Positions 1-7,923 are shown, counted from the first letter of the stretch. The stretch is 20,958 nucleotides of DNA from Myxococcota bacterium (GCA_036149055.1 JAYZQJ010000123.1:1-20958); one strand, 5' to 3'. Made by a program: numbers and translations. Notes: a model not told the origin generated them from the sequence alone.

Positions 1-452
1 GAGGGGCCGGGGGGAGCGGCGCCGGGGGCGCGGGGATCGCCTTCGGCGTCGTCGCGCTCCACCTCCTCCGGCTCGGGCGGCTCCCCGAGCGCGACGTGCA
101 TGGCGAGGGCGCCGCTGGCGCCGAGGGCCACCGCGCTCACCGCGATCACGAGGGCGGCGGCGAGGTTGCGTCGGGGGCGCGGGGCGGGGACCACCGGGGC
201 GTGGAGCCACGGGGTGCTGGCGTAGGGGAGGCTGTCCCGCGGCGCCGGGTGGGGCGCGCGGGCGACGAGCTCGACCAGGGGGACGCTCTCGCGCGCGTCG
301 TCGGGGGAGGGCGGAGGGGGCAGGGTGAAGAGGAGCTCGCTCGAGGGGCGAGCGTGGGGAGCGGCGGCGGCGTGGCACGCGTCGCAGAACGCGCGCGACG
401 CCGACGCGCGGGGCGTCGCGGACATACCGCAGCGTTCGCACGTCGTGTGCAT
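1..452 (-). CDS. Partial (runs off left edge) membrane-anchored protein: N-terminal CxxC-x14-CxxC zinc ribbon, Pro-rich linker, one TM helix, acidic/Pro-rich region
   Basis: Not in the ORF track. Manual translation from ATG at 452, preceded by GGAGG: MHTTCERCGMSATPRASASRAFCDACH...RRNLAAALVIAVSAVALGASGALAMHVALGEPPEPEEVERDD...; no stop before position 1. Confidence 0.75.
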   Translation of the reverse strand, partial: MHTTCERCGMSATPRASASRAFCDACHAAAAPHARPSSELLFTLPPPPSPDDARESVPLVELVARAPHPAPRDSLPYASTPWLHAPVVPAPRPRRNLAAALVIAVSAVALGASGALAMHVALGEPPEPEEVERDDAEGDPRAPGAAPPGP

Positions 453-518
453 CGGAGACCTCCGAGGGGAAGCGGCGAGCGCGGGGCTCGCGCGGGGGCT
501 GAAGAGCGGGTGCGTGGA

Positions 519-542
519 GATCGACGGGGCGCGCCCCCGATC
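519..542 (-). terminator. GC-rich hairpin just after the stop of the aminotransferase class V gene, possible terminator
   Basis: GATCG...GGGGCGCGCCCC...CGATC inverted repeat 3 nt beyond the TGA at 546-548; no U-tract. Confidence 0.3.
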
Positions 543-545
543 GAT

Positions 546-1649
546 TCAACCCGCGCCGAGAGCGGCGCGGAGCGCCTCGCAGGCGCGCCCGATCGCGGCG
601 TCCGTGGTGGTCGGGCCCACGCTGAGGCGGAGCACGCCGTCGGGGTCGGTGCCCAGCGCGCGGTGAGCCTCGGGCGCGCACTGCAGGCCGGCGGACGCCA
701 GCACGCCGCGCTCGGCCAGCTCGGCCGCCAGCGCGGCCGGCGCGTGGGCCTCGTGGACGAGGGCCAGGGTCGGCACCCGGCCCTCGATCGGAGGTCCCAG
801 GCGGCGCGCGCCGGCGTCGACCGCGGTCGCCTCCAGCGTGGCGATGTGCTCGCGCGCCCGGGCGAGGCGGTCGGGCCGCGCGTCGAGCCAGTCGAGCCCC
901 GCGCCGAGCCCGGCCAGGGCCGCTCGGTCGACCGATCCCGTGTCGCAGTAGCCCGGCATCGGCGCGCAGGGGGCGTCGAGGTCGCACACGGCGCCCGGGG
1001 TGGTCATCGTCAGCCTCTCGTGCACGTAGAGGCCGCCGATGCCCCACGGCGCCTGCGGACCCTTGTGACCGGCGAAGGCGAGCAGGTCGACGTCGAGGGC
1101 GCGCACGTCGAGGTCGATCCAGCCGGCGACCTGCGCCGCGTCGATCAGCGAGAGCGCGCCGGCCGCGTGCGCGCGCGCGGTGATCTCGGCGTAGGGAGAC
1201 AGCGCGCCGGTCACGTTGCTGGCCGCGGTCGTGGCGACGAGGCGCGCGCCGGCGTCGAGCGCGGCGTCGAGGGCCGCCAGATCGAAGGGCGCGTCGCCGT
1301 CCGGCGGGACGCGCACGATCTCGACCCCGCGCTCGGCGAGCTTCAGCAGCGGCCGCATCAGCGCGTGGTGCTCGAAGCTGCCGCAGAGGACACGGTCGCC
1401 GGGCTCCCAGGGGAGGTCCGCGATGGCCACCGCGAGCGCCGACGTGCAGCCCGGCGTCAGGAGCAGCCGCGCGGGATCGGGCACGCCGAGCGCGCGGGCC
1501 ACCCGGCGATGATCGCGCGCGAAGTCCTCCGCCCAGCGGCCCGGATCGCCCGCGAGCGCGCGCCGCGCCGCCTCCTGGACCGGGGCCGGCTTCGGCCAGC
1601 TCGTCCCCGCGTGGTTGAGGTAGACCGACACGAGAGGCGAGCATTCCAC
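546..1649 (-). CDS. Aminotransferase class V, cysteine desulfurase/selenocysteine lyase-like PLP enzyme
   Basis: YLNHAGTSWPKP (cf. YLDNAATS.PKP), FEHHAL, AASNVTG, IDAAQ, AGHKG (PLP Lys), SAGLQCAP (SufS-type RxGxHCA catalytic Cys), LRLSVG. True start may be the GTG at 1631. Confidence 0.85.
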   Translation of the reverse strand: MECSPLVSVYLNHAGTSWPKPAPVQEAARRALAGDPGRWAEDFARDHRRVARALGVPDPARLLLTPGCTSALAVAIADLPWEPGDRVLCGSFEHHALMRPLLKLAERGVEIVRVPPDGDAPFDLAALDAALDAGARLVATTAASNVTGALSPYAEITARAHAAGALSLIDAAQVAGWIDLDVRALDVDLLAFAGHKGPQAPWGIGGLYVHERLTMTTPGAVCDLDAPCAPMPGYCDTGSVDRAALAGLGAGLDWLDARPDRLARAREHIATLEATAVDAGARRLGPPIEGRVPTLALVHEAHAPAALAAELAERGVLASAGLQCAPEAHRALGTDPDGVLRLSVGPTTTDAAIGRACEALRAALGAG

Positions 1650-1671
1650 GGGTCGCCTGGTCGGGCGAGGG

Positions 1672-1680
1672 TGCTACCCT
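1672..1680 (+). promoter_or_regulatory. Extended -10 box (TGcTACCCT) of a probable leaderless transcript
   Basis: TACCCT at 1675-1680, 7 nt before ATG 1688, with no Shine-Dalgarno between. Confidence 0.55.
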
Positions 1681-1687
1681 CCCGCGC

Positions 1688-1972
1688 ATGCGAGACGACG
1701 AGAAGAAGCGAGGCGGTCGGGTGCTGCGGTTCGTGGTGACGGGGGCCTTGCTCGGCGCCCCGCTCGTCGGCTGCGGCGACGGTGAGGTCGAGATCAACGA
1801 GCCGTCCCCCGAGGGCCCGATGATCAACGAGCCGGCCGAGGAGACCGTCAACGAGCCGCCGGAGGAGACGACGGCCAACGAGCCCGCTCCGGAGCCGACG
1901 GCGAACGAGCCGGTCGAAGAGGCGCCGACCGCGAACGAGGCGCCCGAGCCGGTCGAAGAGCCGACGGAGTGA
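1688..1972 (+). CDS. Small acidic lipoprotein (94 aa) with six x-N-E-[P/A] repeats; candidate substrate of the downstream enzyme
   Basis: Basic N-region (KKRGGR), hydrophobic stretch, lipobox LVGC (Cys29); mature part contains INEP, INEP, VNEP, ANEP, ANEP, ANEA; high GC3. Confidence 0.8.
   Translation: MRDDEKKRGGRVLRFVVTGALLGAPLVGCGDGEVEINEPSPEGPMINEPAEETVNEPPEETTANEPAPEPTANEPVEEAPTANEAPEPVEEPTE
1796..1960 (+). repeat. Degenerate in-frame coding repeat (AACGAG core x6)
   Basis: AACGAGCC five times plus AACGAGGC once; GAGCCGGTCGAAGAG twice (1907-1921, 1946-1960). Confidence 0.8.
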
Positions 1973-1979
1973 CCCGGGC

Positions 1980-2867
1980 GTGACCCGCGCCCCGAGCCGC
2001 CCGAGCACGGCGCGGCTGGACAAGATCGCCCGGTCGCACATCCAGCGCGATCCGTGGCCGGACTTCGACGCGTTCGACGCGGGTGCCTATCCCGAGGCGC
2101 TCCGCGCGCGGACCGCGCGGCAGTGGTGGCGACGCGCGCGCGAGGAGTACGGCTCGATCAACGAGTTCACCCAGGTCGCGCACGCGCTCACCACCCTGCG
2201 CGCGCCGATCGGGCTGCTCGGCTCGCTCGCGCGGCTGATCACCGACGAGGTGCGCCACGCGTCGCTGTGCGCGCAGATGGCCGAGGCGCTGCTCCCCGGG
2301 CGCGCGCCCGACGAGGTGTTCGACTGGAAGCCCCCGCGCGCGCCGTGGGAGGGCCCGCCGGCCGAGGGCACGCTGCGCTGGGCGGCCGACGCGGTGCTCT
2401 GCTCCTGCTGCATCGGCGAGACGATCTCGCGGCCGCTCTTCGAGGCGCTCGCCACGGTGATCACCGATCCGGTGCCCGAGGCGGTGGTGCGGCAGGTCCT
2501 GCGCGACGAGCACCTGCACGCGACGTTCGGGTGGGAGGCGCTCGCCTGGATGTGGGAGCGGCTCGACGCCGCCGACCGCGAGTGGCTGCAGGGGCGGCTG
2601 GCCAAGCGCCTCGCCGGCTTCGAGCGCGGCTGCCTCGTCGGCGGGGTGACGCTCGAGTCGATCGCGGGCCAGGCGATCGAGGTGGCCCCGCCCGGCGCGG
2701 ACGCCCCGCCGAACCTCGGGCACCTGGATCCGAAGGTCTACGCGATGATCTTCTACGCGACGCTCGAGGCCGAGGTGCTCCCGCGCTTCGCGGCGCTCGG
2801 GCTCGACGCCGAGCGCGCCTGGCGCGAGCGCTCGCTCACTCCGGCCGAGGCCGCGCCATCAGCGTGA
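1980..2867 (+). CDS. Ferritin-like (four-helix diiron carboxylate) domain protein
   Basis: Ligand pattern E...ExxH...E...ExxH: REEYGS, DEVRH, CIGET, DEHLH. No signal peptide; starts 7 nt after the lipoprotein stop. Confidence 0.85.
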   Translation: MTRAPSRPSTARLDKIARSHIQRDPWPDFDAFDAGAYPEALRARTARQWWRRAREEYGSINEFTQVAHALTTLRAPIGLLGSLARLITDEVRHASLCAQMAEALLPGRAPDEVFDWKPPRAPWEGPPAEGTLRWAADAVLCSCCIGETISRPLFEALATVITDPVPEAVVRQVLRDEHLHATFGWEALAWMWERLDAADREWLQGRLAKRLAGFERGCLVGGVTLESIAGQAIEVAPPGADAPPNLGHLDPKVYAMIFYATLEAEVLPRFAALGLDAERAWRERSLTPAEAAPSA

Positions 2868-4302
2868 GCGGCGTCGCGCTCCCGTCCGCCGGCCCCGCGT
2901 AGGCGCCCGCGAAGCCCTCGGAGCGGACCCGGCCGTCATGGTCACGGTCGCGGTCCGGCACGTCGGGCAGCTCCGCCGGGTCGACGGTCACGCCGAGCAT
3001 GCCGGCCCGCGGGTGCAGATCGAGGCCCGCGCCGGGCGCGCTCCCGGGGGCGACGAGCGCCTCGCTCGCGTCCGCGCCGGTCACGTTCCCGGCCTCGTCG
3101 TCGGCGCTCAGCGGCATGGGGCCGAAGATGGCGTTGTAGCGGACGCGCTGCGCGAAGGCGCCGTCTCCGCCGGTCACCCGCACCCCGCGCCCCTCGGCGA
3201 CGATGGTGTTGAAGAACACGTCGACCTGACGGGGCACGCCGTTGTGGGGCTGCACGGTGAGCGCCCCGCCGTTCGGGTTGACGAAGACGTTGGCGTAGAT
3301 CGCCAGGTTGCCTTCCGCCTGCATCAGCATCTCGGTGGCGTTGTCGTAGAGGAAGTTGCCGTAGACGAGGTAGCGGTCGTCGACGCCGGGGCCGGAGCCC
3401 GGGAGGTGCCCGAGCAGGAGGCTCGGACGCGCGCTCCCGCCGGTGGAGGCGCCGGTGGTCTTGGCGAACACGTTGTAGCGGATGATCGTGTCCCCGGTCG
3501 GCATGCCGGGCAGGTCGGGGCGCGGATTCTGGTGCTTGATCTGCATGCAGTAGCCGATCGGATCGAGCACCGTGTTGAGCTCGACGACGCCGCGCACGAA
3601 GGGCTGGTTGCCGTCCGAGTTGCCGAGGTAGAGGCCGGTGCCCGCGCCCTCGATGTGGTTGCCGCGGATCACCCAGTCCCAGGCCGGGCTCTTGGTCGAG
3701 ACGCCGACGATCTGCTGGCCTCCCCCGAGGCCGGTCATCCGCAGGCCCTCGATCACGACGTGGTGGGTCGGGGCGTCGGTGCCGCCCTGCGACGCGACCC
3801 CGAAGCCGGCGCGGCCGAGCCCGTCGACGTCGAGGTGGCGGACCTTGATCCAGCTCGCGCCGTGCACGGCGATGACGTTGAAGGCGTCGCTCCCCTCGAA
3901 GCGCGGCCGGTCGGTCGGGGCCGCGGCCTCGATGACGATGCAGCGCCCCTCCTCTCCGGAGCGCCGCAGCGGCAACCCGCGGGTGTAGTCGCCGGGGGCG
4001 AGCTGCAGCGTGTCGCCGGGCTCGAGCGTGTCGAGCACGTCGCGGTAGTCGCCCGGCCCCGCGCTCAGCGTGCGCCCCCCGCCCTCGCAGTCCTCCCAGG
4101 GCTGCGGCGCCCACCCGGTCGCCGGCGGGGCGCCGCCATCCTCGGGCGGCGCCTCGGCGTCGGGTGCGGCGTCGCGCGTCGCCCCGTCCGTGGCGATCGG
4201 CCCTGCGTCCAGCTCGGCCGCGCCGTCGTCGCAGGCGACGGCCAGGGAGATGCAGAGGAGCCCGAGGAGGACCATGCTCCGACGGAGCGGAAGGCGCGTC
4301 AT
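2836..4302 (-). CDS. Lipoprotein with right-handed parallel beta-helix (pectin-lyase-like fold)
   Basis: Lipobox AVAC; low-complexity DAG/DGG linker; LEPGDTLQLAPGDY; repeats WVIRGNHI, IIRYNVF, VYGNFLY, IYANVF, VFFNTI, VRYNAI; C-terminal DHDGRVR...AGAY. Confidence 0.85.
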   Translation of the reverse strand: MTRLPLRRSMVLLGLLCISLAVACDDGAAELDAGPIATDGATRDAAPDAEAPPEDGGAPPATGWAPQPWEDCEGGGRTLSAGPGDYRDVLDTLEPGDTLQLAPGDYTRGLPLRRSGEEGRCIVIEAAAPTDRPRFEGSDAFNVIAVHGASWIKVRHLDVDGLGRAGFGVASQGGTDAPTHHVVIEGLRMTGLGGGQQIVGVSTKSPAWDWVIRGNHIEGAGTGLYLGNSDGNQPFVRGVVELNTVLDPIGYCMQIKHQNPRPDLPGMPTGDTIIRYNVFAKTTGASTGGSARPSLLLGHLPGSGPGVDDRYLVYGNFLYDNATEMLMQAEGNLAIYANVFVNPNGGALTVQPHNGVPRQVDVFFNTIVAEGRGVRVTGGDGAFAQRVRYNAIFGPMPLSADDEAGNVTGADASEALVAPGSAPGAGLDLHPRAGMLGVTVDPAELPDVPDRDRDHDGRVRSEGFAGAYAGPADGSATPLTLMARPRPE

Positions 4303-4309
4303 CGGCTCG

Positions 4310-4315
4310 ACGGTA
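4310..4315 (-). promoter_or_regulatory. -10 box (TACCGT) of a probable leaderless transcript
   Basis: TANNNT 7 nt upstream of the ATG at 4302. Confidence 0.5.
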
Positions 4316-4391
4316 CACTTCGGCGCGCCCGGGCCCCAAGCCGGCTGAAATCTCCGGGGTCCGTCGAGCGTATGGTCGGTCGGAGGACGAG

Positions 4392-4814
4392 ATGAGCAGA
4401 CCCGAGCAGCGCAGCGACAGTCATTCCCTGTGGATGGGCTACGCCCTGTGGGTGTTCGGTTTCCTGGGCGCGCACCGCTTCTACTACGGCAAGCGCACCA
4501 CCGGCGTGATCTACCTGTGCACCCTCGGCCTCCTCGGGGTGGGGTGGATCTTCGACCTCTTCTGGATGCCGATGCTCTGCCGCTCGGCCGAGCGCCGCTA
4601 CTTCGACGGCCCCTACAGCTACGACTTCGCCTGGATCCTCCAGACCTACCTCGGCGTCTTCGGCCTCCACCGGATGTACATCGGGAAGTGGCTCACCGGG
4701 CTCGTCTGGCTCTGCACCGGCGGCCTGCTCGGCGTCGGCTACGTCTGGGACTACCTCACCCTCAACGAGCAGGTGAGCCTGGCCAACCAGGCGGCGAAGA
4801 CCGTGGCGGGGTAA
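4392..4814 (+). CDS. Tandem TM2-domain membrane protein (140 aa)
   Basis: Two TM2 repeats: FGFLGAHRFYYGK...GWIFDL and LGVFGLHRMYIGK...GYVWDY. ATG 4392 has GGAGG upstream; the ORF-track start at 4164 is an over-extension. Confidence 0.9.
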   Translation: MSRPEQRSDSHSLWMGYALWVFGFLGAHRFYYGKRTTGVIYLCTLGLLGVGWIFDLFWMPMLCRSAERRYFDGPYSYDFAWILQTYLGVFGLHRMYIGKWLTGLVWLCTGGLLGVGYVWDYLTLNEQVSLANQAAKTVAG

Positions 4815-4817
4815 CCT
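4812..4817 (+). promoter_or_regulatory. -10 box (TAACCT) overlapping the TM2 gene stop codon
   Basis: TANNNT 6 nt upstream of ATG 4824; no Shine-Dalgarno. Confidence 0.45.
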
Positions 4818-4823
4818 TCCGGC

Positions 4824-5117
4824 ATGTGCCGGAACATCAAGCTCCTCTACAACTTCGAGCCGCCCGCCACCGAGGAGGAGATCTACGCCTCCGCGCTCCA
4901 GTACGTGCGCAAGGTGAGCGGGATGCGGAAGCCGTCGAAGCAGAACGAGGACGCCTTCCAGAACGCGGTGGACGAGATCACGGCGATCACGCGGCGGCTG
5001 CTCCTCGACCAGCTCGAGACCCAGGCCCCGACCCGCGACCGCGAGGTCGAGCGAGCGCGCGCCAAGGAGCGCGGCAAGCAGCGCGAGGCCCGCATCCGCG
5101 CCGAGCTCGAGCGCTGA
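4824..5117 (+). CDS. DUF2277 family protein
   Basis: Characteristic N-terminus MCRNIKLLYNFEPPATEEEIYASALQYVRKVSG. Confidence 0.9.
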   Translation: MCRNIKLLYNFEPPATEEEIYASALQYVRKVSGMRKPSKQNEDAFQNAVDEITAITRRLLLDQLETQAPTRDREVERARAKERGKQREARIRAELER

Positions 5118-5120
5118 CGC

Positions 5121-5498
5121 TCAGACGGCGGCGACCGCCTTCGCCAGGCGCCCGCGCACCTCGTCGGCGAGGCTCTTCAGCGCCGGGTCGTCTCCGGGCA
5201 GCATCTGCGCCGGGTCGACCGCGCTGACCACCATCCCTCCGTCGTCCTCGTAGACGACGACGTTGCACGGCAGCAGGGTGCCGACCTCGAGCTGCGCCGA
5301 CAGGGCGCGGTGGGCCAGCTTCGGGTTGCACGCGCCGAGGATCTTGTAGCGACGGAAGTCGACGTCGATCTTCTCCTTCAGCACCGAGTGCACGTCGATC
5401 TCCGTCAGCACACCGAAGCCTTGCTCCTTCAGCGCGGCCTCGGTCCGCGAGATGGCGTCCTCGAAGCTCAGCTCGACCTTTCTGCGTAGCTCGCTCAT
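5121..5498 (-). CDS. DUF302 domain protein
   Basis: GFGVLTEID, YKILGACNP, LLPCNVVV, SAVDP motifs. Confidence 0.92.
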   Translation of the reverse strand: MSELRRKVELSFEDAISRTEAALKEQGFGVLTEIDVHSVLKEKIDVDFRRYKILGACNPKLAHRALSAQLEVGTLLPCNVVVYEDDGGMVVSAVDPAQMLPGDDPALKSLADEVRGRLAKAVAAV

Positions 5499-5522
5499 GC
5501 GCGCGGACCTATTCCCGGCCGC

Positions 5523-7511
5523 TCACATGTCCAGCGCCTGGAGCACGTTGGCGTGGTCGTCGGTCCACGCGCTCGCCGCCGGGAGGCTCGACATCGGCGC
5601 CCAGCCGCGCGAGCCGAAGGGCGCGAGCCGCTCCGGGTAGCGGGCCACCACGACGTACTGCGAGGGGTCCTGGTCGGTGGCGAGGTCCCGGGTGCGCGCG
5701 ACGTGCATCGCGGGCAGGTCCAGGAGCGCGAGGGTCCCGCGCAGCGCGGGGCGGAGGTCGTAGTAGCGGTTGGAGACGTGCAGCAGCAGCAGCCCGTCAT
5801 ACTCCAGCCGCGAGACGTAGAGCGCGATCGCCTCGGCGGTGAGCAGGTGGGTCGGGATCGCGTCGCCGCTGAAGGCGTCGATGAAGAGCAGGTCGTAGCG
5901 CGCCTCCTCCCGCTCCAGCGACAGCCGGGCGTCGCCGACCTGCACGCTCACCTCCCCCTCCGCCGCGGAGAGGTAGGTGAAGTGGGCCTGGGCCAGCTCG
6001 ACCACCGCCGGGTCGATCTCGAAGAAGCGGGCCTCGTCGCCCGGCGCGAGGTGGCCGGCGGCCGCGCCCACCCCCAGCCCGACGATCCCGAGGCGGCGGG
6101 GCGACGGCACCAGCGCGAGCGCGTCGCCGAGCGGCCCCTCCGGGTGGTAGTAGCTGAGCGGCGTCGTGTCGCCGACCCGCTGGCGGCCGTGCCGGGTGCT
6201 CCCGCTCATCATGTCCCGGACGCGGCCGTCCCGCTCGGTGACCCGGTAGAGCCCGTAGAAGCTGCGCCGCACCGCGAGGGTGTCGGTGGCGTCCTCCTCG
6301 GAGAGCGCGATGCCGACCTTCACCGCGATGACGACGAGCAGCGCCGCGGTCACGGCCAGGGCGAGCCGGGGCGCCGTCTTCACCCACCGCGTCAGCTCCG
6401 CGCGCCGCCCGACCGCCATGGTGAGGGCCAGGGCCGCGAGCGCGAGCGGGTACTCGAGGAGGCCGTCGAACGCGGCCGGCGCGACCAGGGCGACGAAGGC
6501 GCCGCCGAGCCAGCCGCCGAGCGCGAGGCTCAGGTAGAAGAGGGTGAGGTGGCGGGGGGCCGGCCGCGCGCGATGCAGCTCGCCGTGCGCCGCCAGGCCG
6601 ACGAAGGCGAGCACGCCGTAGTGCACGAGCACGTCGAGCCACCCGCCGCCGGCCTCGCCGCCGCTGAAGAAGAACGCGCCGACCGCGGCCACGTGGGGCC
6701 AGAGCCGCCGGACGGTGCGCGGCACCCGGGACGGCTCGCCGGCCGGCGGGGTCGCGAAGGCGCCGACGAAGCTGCCGAGGTAGATGGCGAGCGGCAGCAC
6801 CCAGACCAGGGGCACGTTGCCGACCTCGAGCGCGACGAGGTTCGTGACCGCCATCAAGAACGCCGACGGGGCGGCGCTCAGGAGCAGCCAGTAGACGATC
6901 CGCGCCGCCGAGGGCGCGGGGCCGACGGCGTCGTCGCCCTGCGGGAGCGGGCGGCTCGCTTGCCCCTTCTCTCGCCACGCGAGCAGCGCGAGGGCGACGT
7001 AGAGCGCGTAGCCCGCCGTCCACGCCCAGCGCTGGGTGGTGAGGCCGACGTGGGGCTCGATGACCAGCGCGTAGAGCAGCAGCGCGCCGAGCGAGCCGAA
7101 GTTGCTCACCGCGTAGAGCCCCCACGGCTCTCGCCCGGCGTCGGCCAGCCAGCGCTGGGTCACGACCGCGGTGGTCGCGAGCACCCCGAAGGGCACCGCC
7201 ACGTGGAGCGCCAGCCGGGTCAGGATCGCGATCGAGCTCGCCGACTCCGCCCCCGCCTCGCCCACGCCCGGCGGGAGGAACAGGAGCGGGAGCGCCACCA
7301 GGGCGAGGTGCCAGCGACCGAGCCTCGGCGCGAGGAGGTGCGCGTAGAGGTAGGCGACGAAGAGCGCGCCCTGGAAGAACATCAGGGCGGTCGTCCACAC
7401 GTGGAACGCGCCGCCGAAGTGCGGCAAGAGCAGCCGCCCCACCAGCGGCTCGAGGCCGAAGAGGAGGACCGCCCCGACGAAGACGAACGCGACGGCGGCG
7501 GAGGGGCGCAT
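5523..7511 (-). CDS. Fused membrane (MFS-like) / spermidine synthase-like SAM-dependent transferase
   Basis: Many TM helices in the N-terminal ~400 aa (LLPHFGG...VWTT..MFFQ; LYAVSNFGS); C-terminal RSFYG, TRHG, SYYH, VGLGVG, FEIDP, GDAR, DAFSGDAIPTHLLT, HVSNRY, WTDD. Confidence 0.9.
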   Translation of the reverse strand: MRPSAAVAFVFVGAVLLFGLEPLVGRLLLPHFGGAFHVWTTALMFFQGALFVAYLYAHLLAPRLGRWHLALVALPLLFLPPGVGEAGAESASSIAILTRLALHVAVPFGVLATTAVVTQRWLADAGREPWGLYAVSNFGSLGALLLYALVIEPHVGLTTQRWAWTAGYALYVALALLAWREKGQASRPLPQGDDAVGPAPSAARIVYWLLLSAAPSAFLMAVTNLVALEVGNVPLVWVLPLAIYLGSFVGAFATPPAGEPSRVPRTVRRLWPHVAAVGAFFFSGGEAGGGWLDVLVHYGVLAFVGLAAHGELHRARPAPRHLTLFYLSLALGGWLGGAFVALVAPAAFDGLLEYPLALAALALTMAVGRRAELTRWVKTAPRLALAVTAALLVVIAVKVGIALSEEDATDTLAVRRSFYGLYRVTERDGRVRDMMSGSTRHGRQRVGDTTPLSYYHPEGPLGDALALVPSPRRLGIVGLGVGAAAGHLAPGDEARFFEIDPAVVELAQAHFTYLSAAEGEVSVQVGDARLSLEREEARYDLLFIDAFSGDAIPTHLLTAEAIALYVSRLEYDGLLLLHVSNRYYDLRPALRGTLALLDLPAMHVARTRDLATDQDPSQYVVVARYPERLAPFGSRGWAPMSSLPAASAWTDDHANVLQALDM

Positions 7512-7523
7512 CGGGGAGGGCGC

Positions 7524-7835
7524 TCAGGCGAGCAGCTTGGTCACGCGCTCCAGGAAGTACTTCTCGGAGTTCGTCATCTCGCCGTCGACCATGAGCGCCT
7601 TGCGGACCTCCTGGAGCAGGCTCTGCTTGGCGCCCTCGCTGAGGCCGGCCACGCGCTCCTCGACGGGGCTGTCGATGCTGACCTCGCGGAGCGCCTCGGC
7701 GCGCTCCTGCTCGGGCATGTCGAGCGAGTCCATCACCCGGTCGAGGTGGGCCCGCTCCTCGTCGGCGAGCACGCCGTCGGCGATGAGCATCTGGGCGAGG
7801 ATCTGGACGTAGAGCTTCCGGTCCTGAGGTTCCAT
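7524..7835 (-). CDS. TerB family protein (103 aa)
   Basis: Duplicated TerB motif LIADGVLADEE / LMVDGEMTNSE; likely start ATG at 7835 (MEPQDRKLY). Confidence 0.8.
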   Translation of the reverse strand: MEPQDRKLYVQILAQMLIADGVLADEERAHLDRVMDSLDMPEQERAEALREVSIDSPVEERVAGLSEGAKQSLLQEVRKALMVDGEMTNSEKYFLERVTKLLA

Positions 7836-7923
7836 GAGGCGGGTAGGATGCGCGGAAACCGCGCCGGGGTCCACGCTCACGTCTTGACCGGATCCGTCAT
7901 CGACCTACACCCAGGGGAAGCCC

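Noticed and set aside
96..1739. 547-aa plus-strand ORF and other long Arg/Gly/Ala-rich ORFs (e.g. 2938-4395, 5553-8291, 8827-10236, 14674-17052, 14579-16867, 16994-18184, 18525-19487, 19475-20536)
   Set aside because: Antisense or off-frame shadows of well-supported genes; stop codons are scarce at this GC content and the translations have no motifs.
1796..1960. Short repeats with variable spacers resembling a mini CRISPR array
   Set aside because: Repeat core is only 6-8 bp, always in frame within a coding sequence, and no cas genes are present.
1970..1987. TGA read-through (selenocysteine) fusing the lipopeptide to the ferritin-like protein; GTGACCCG duplicated at 1969 and 1980
   Set aside because: The two ORFs are in different frames and no SECIS-like context is evident; an 8-bp GC-rich duplication is weak evidence.
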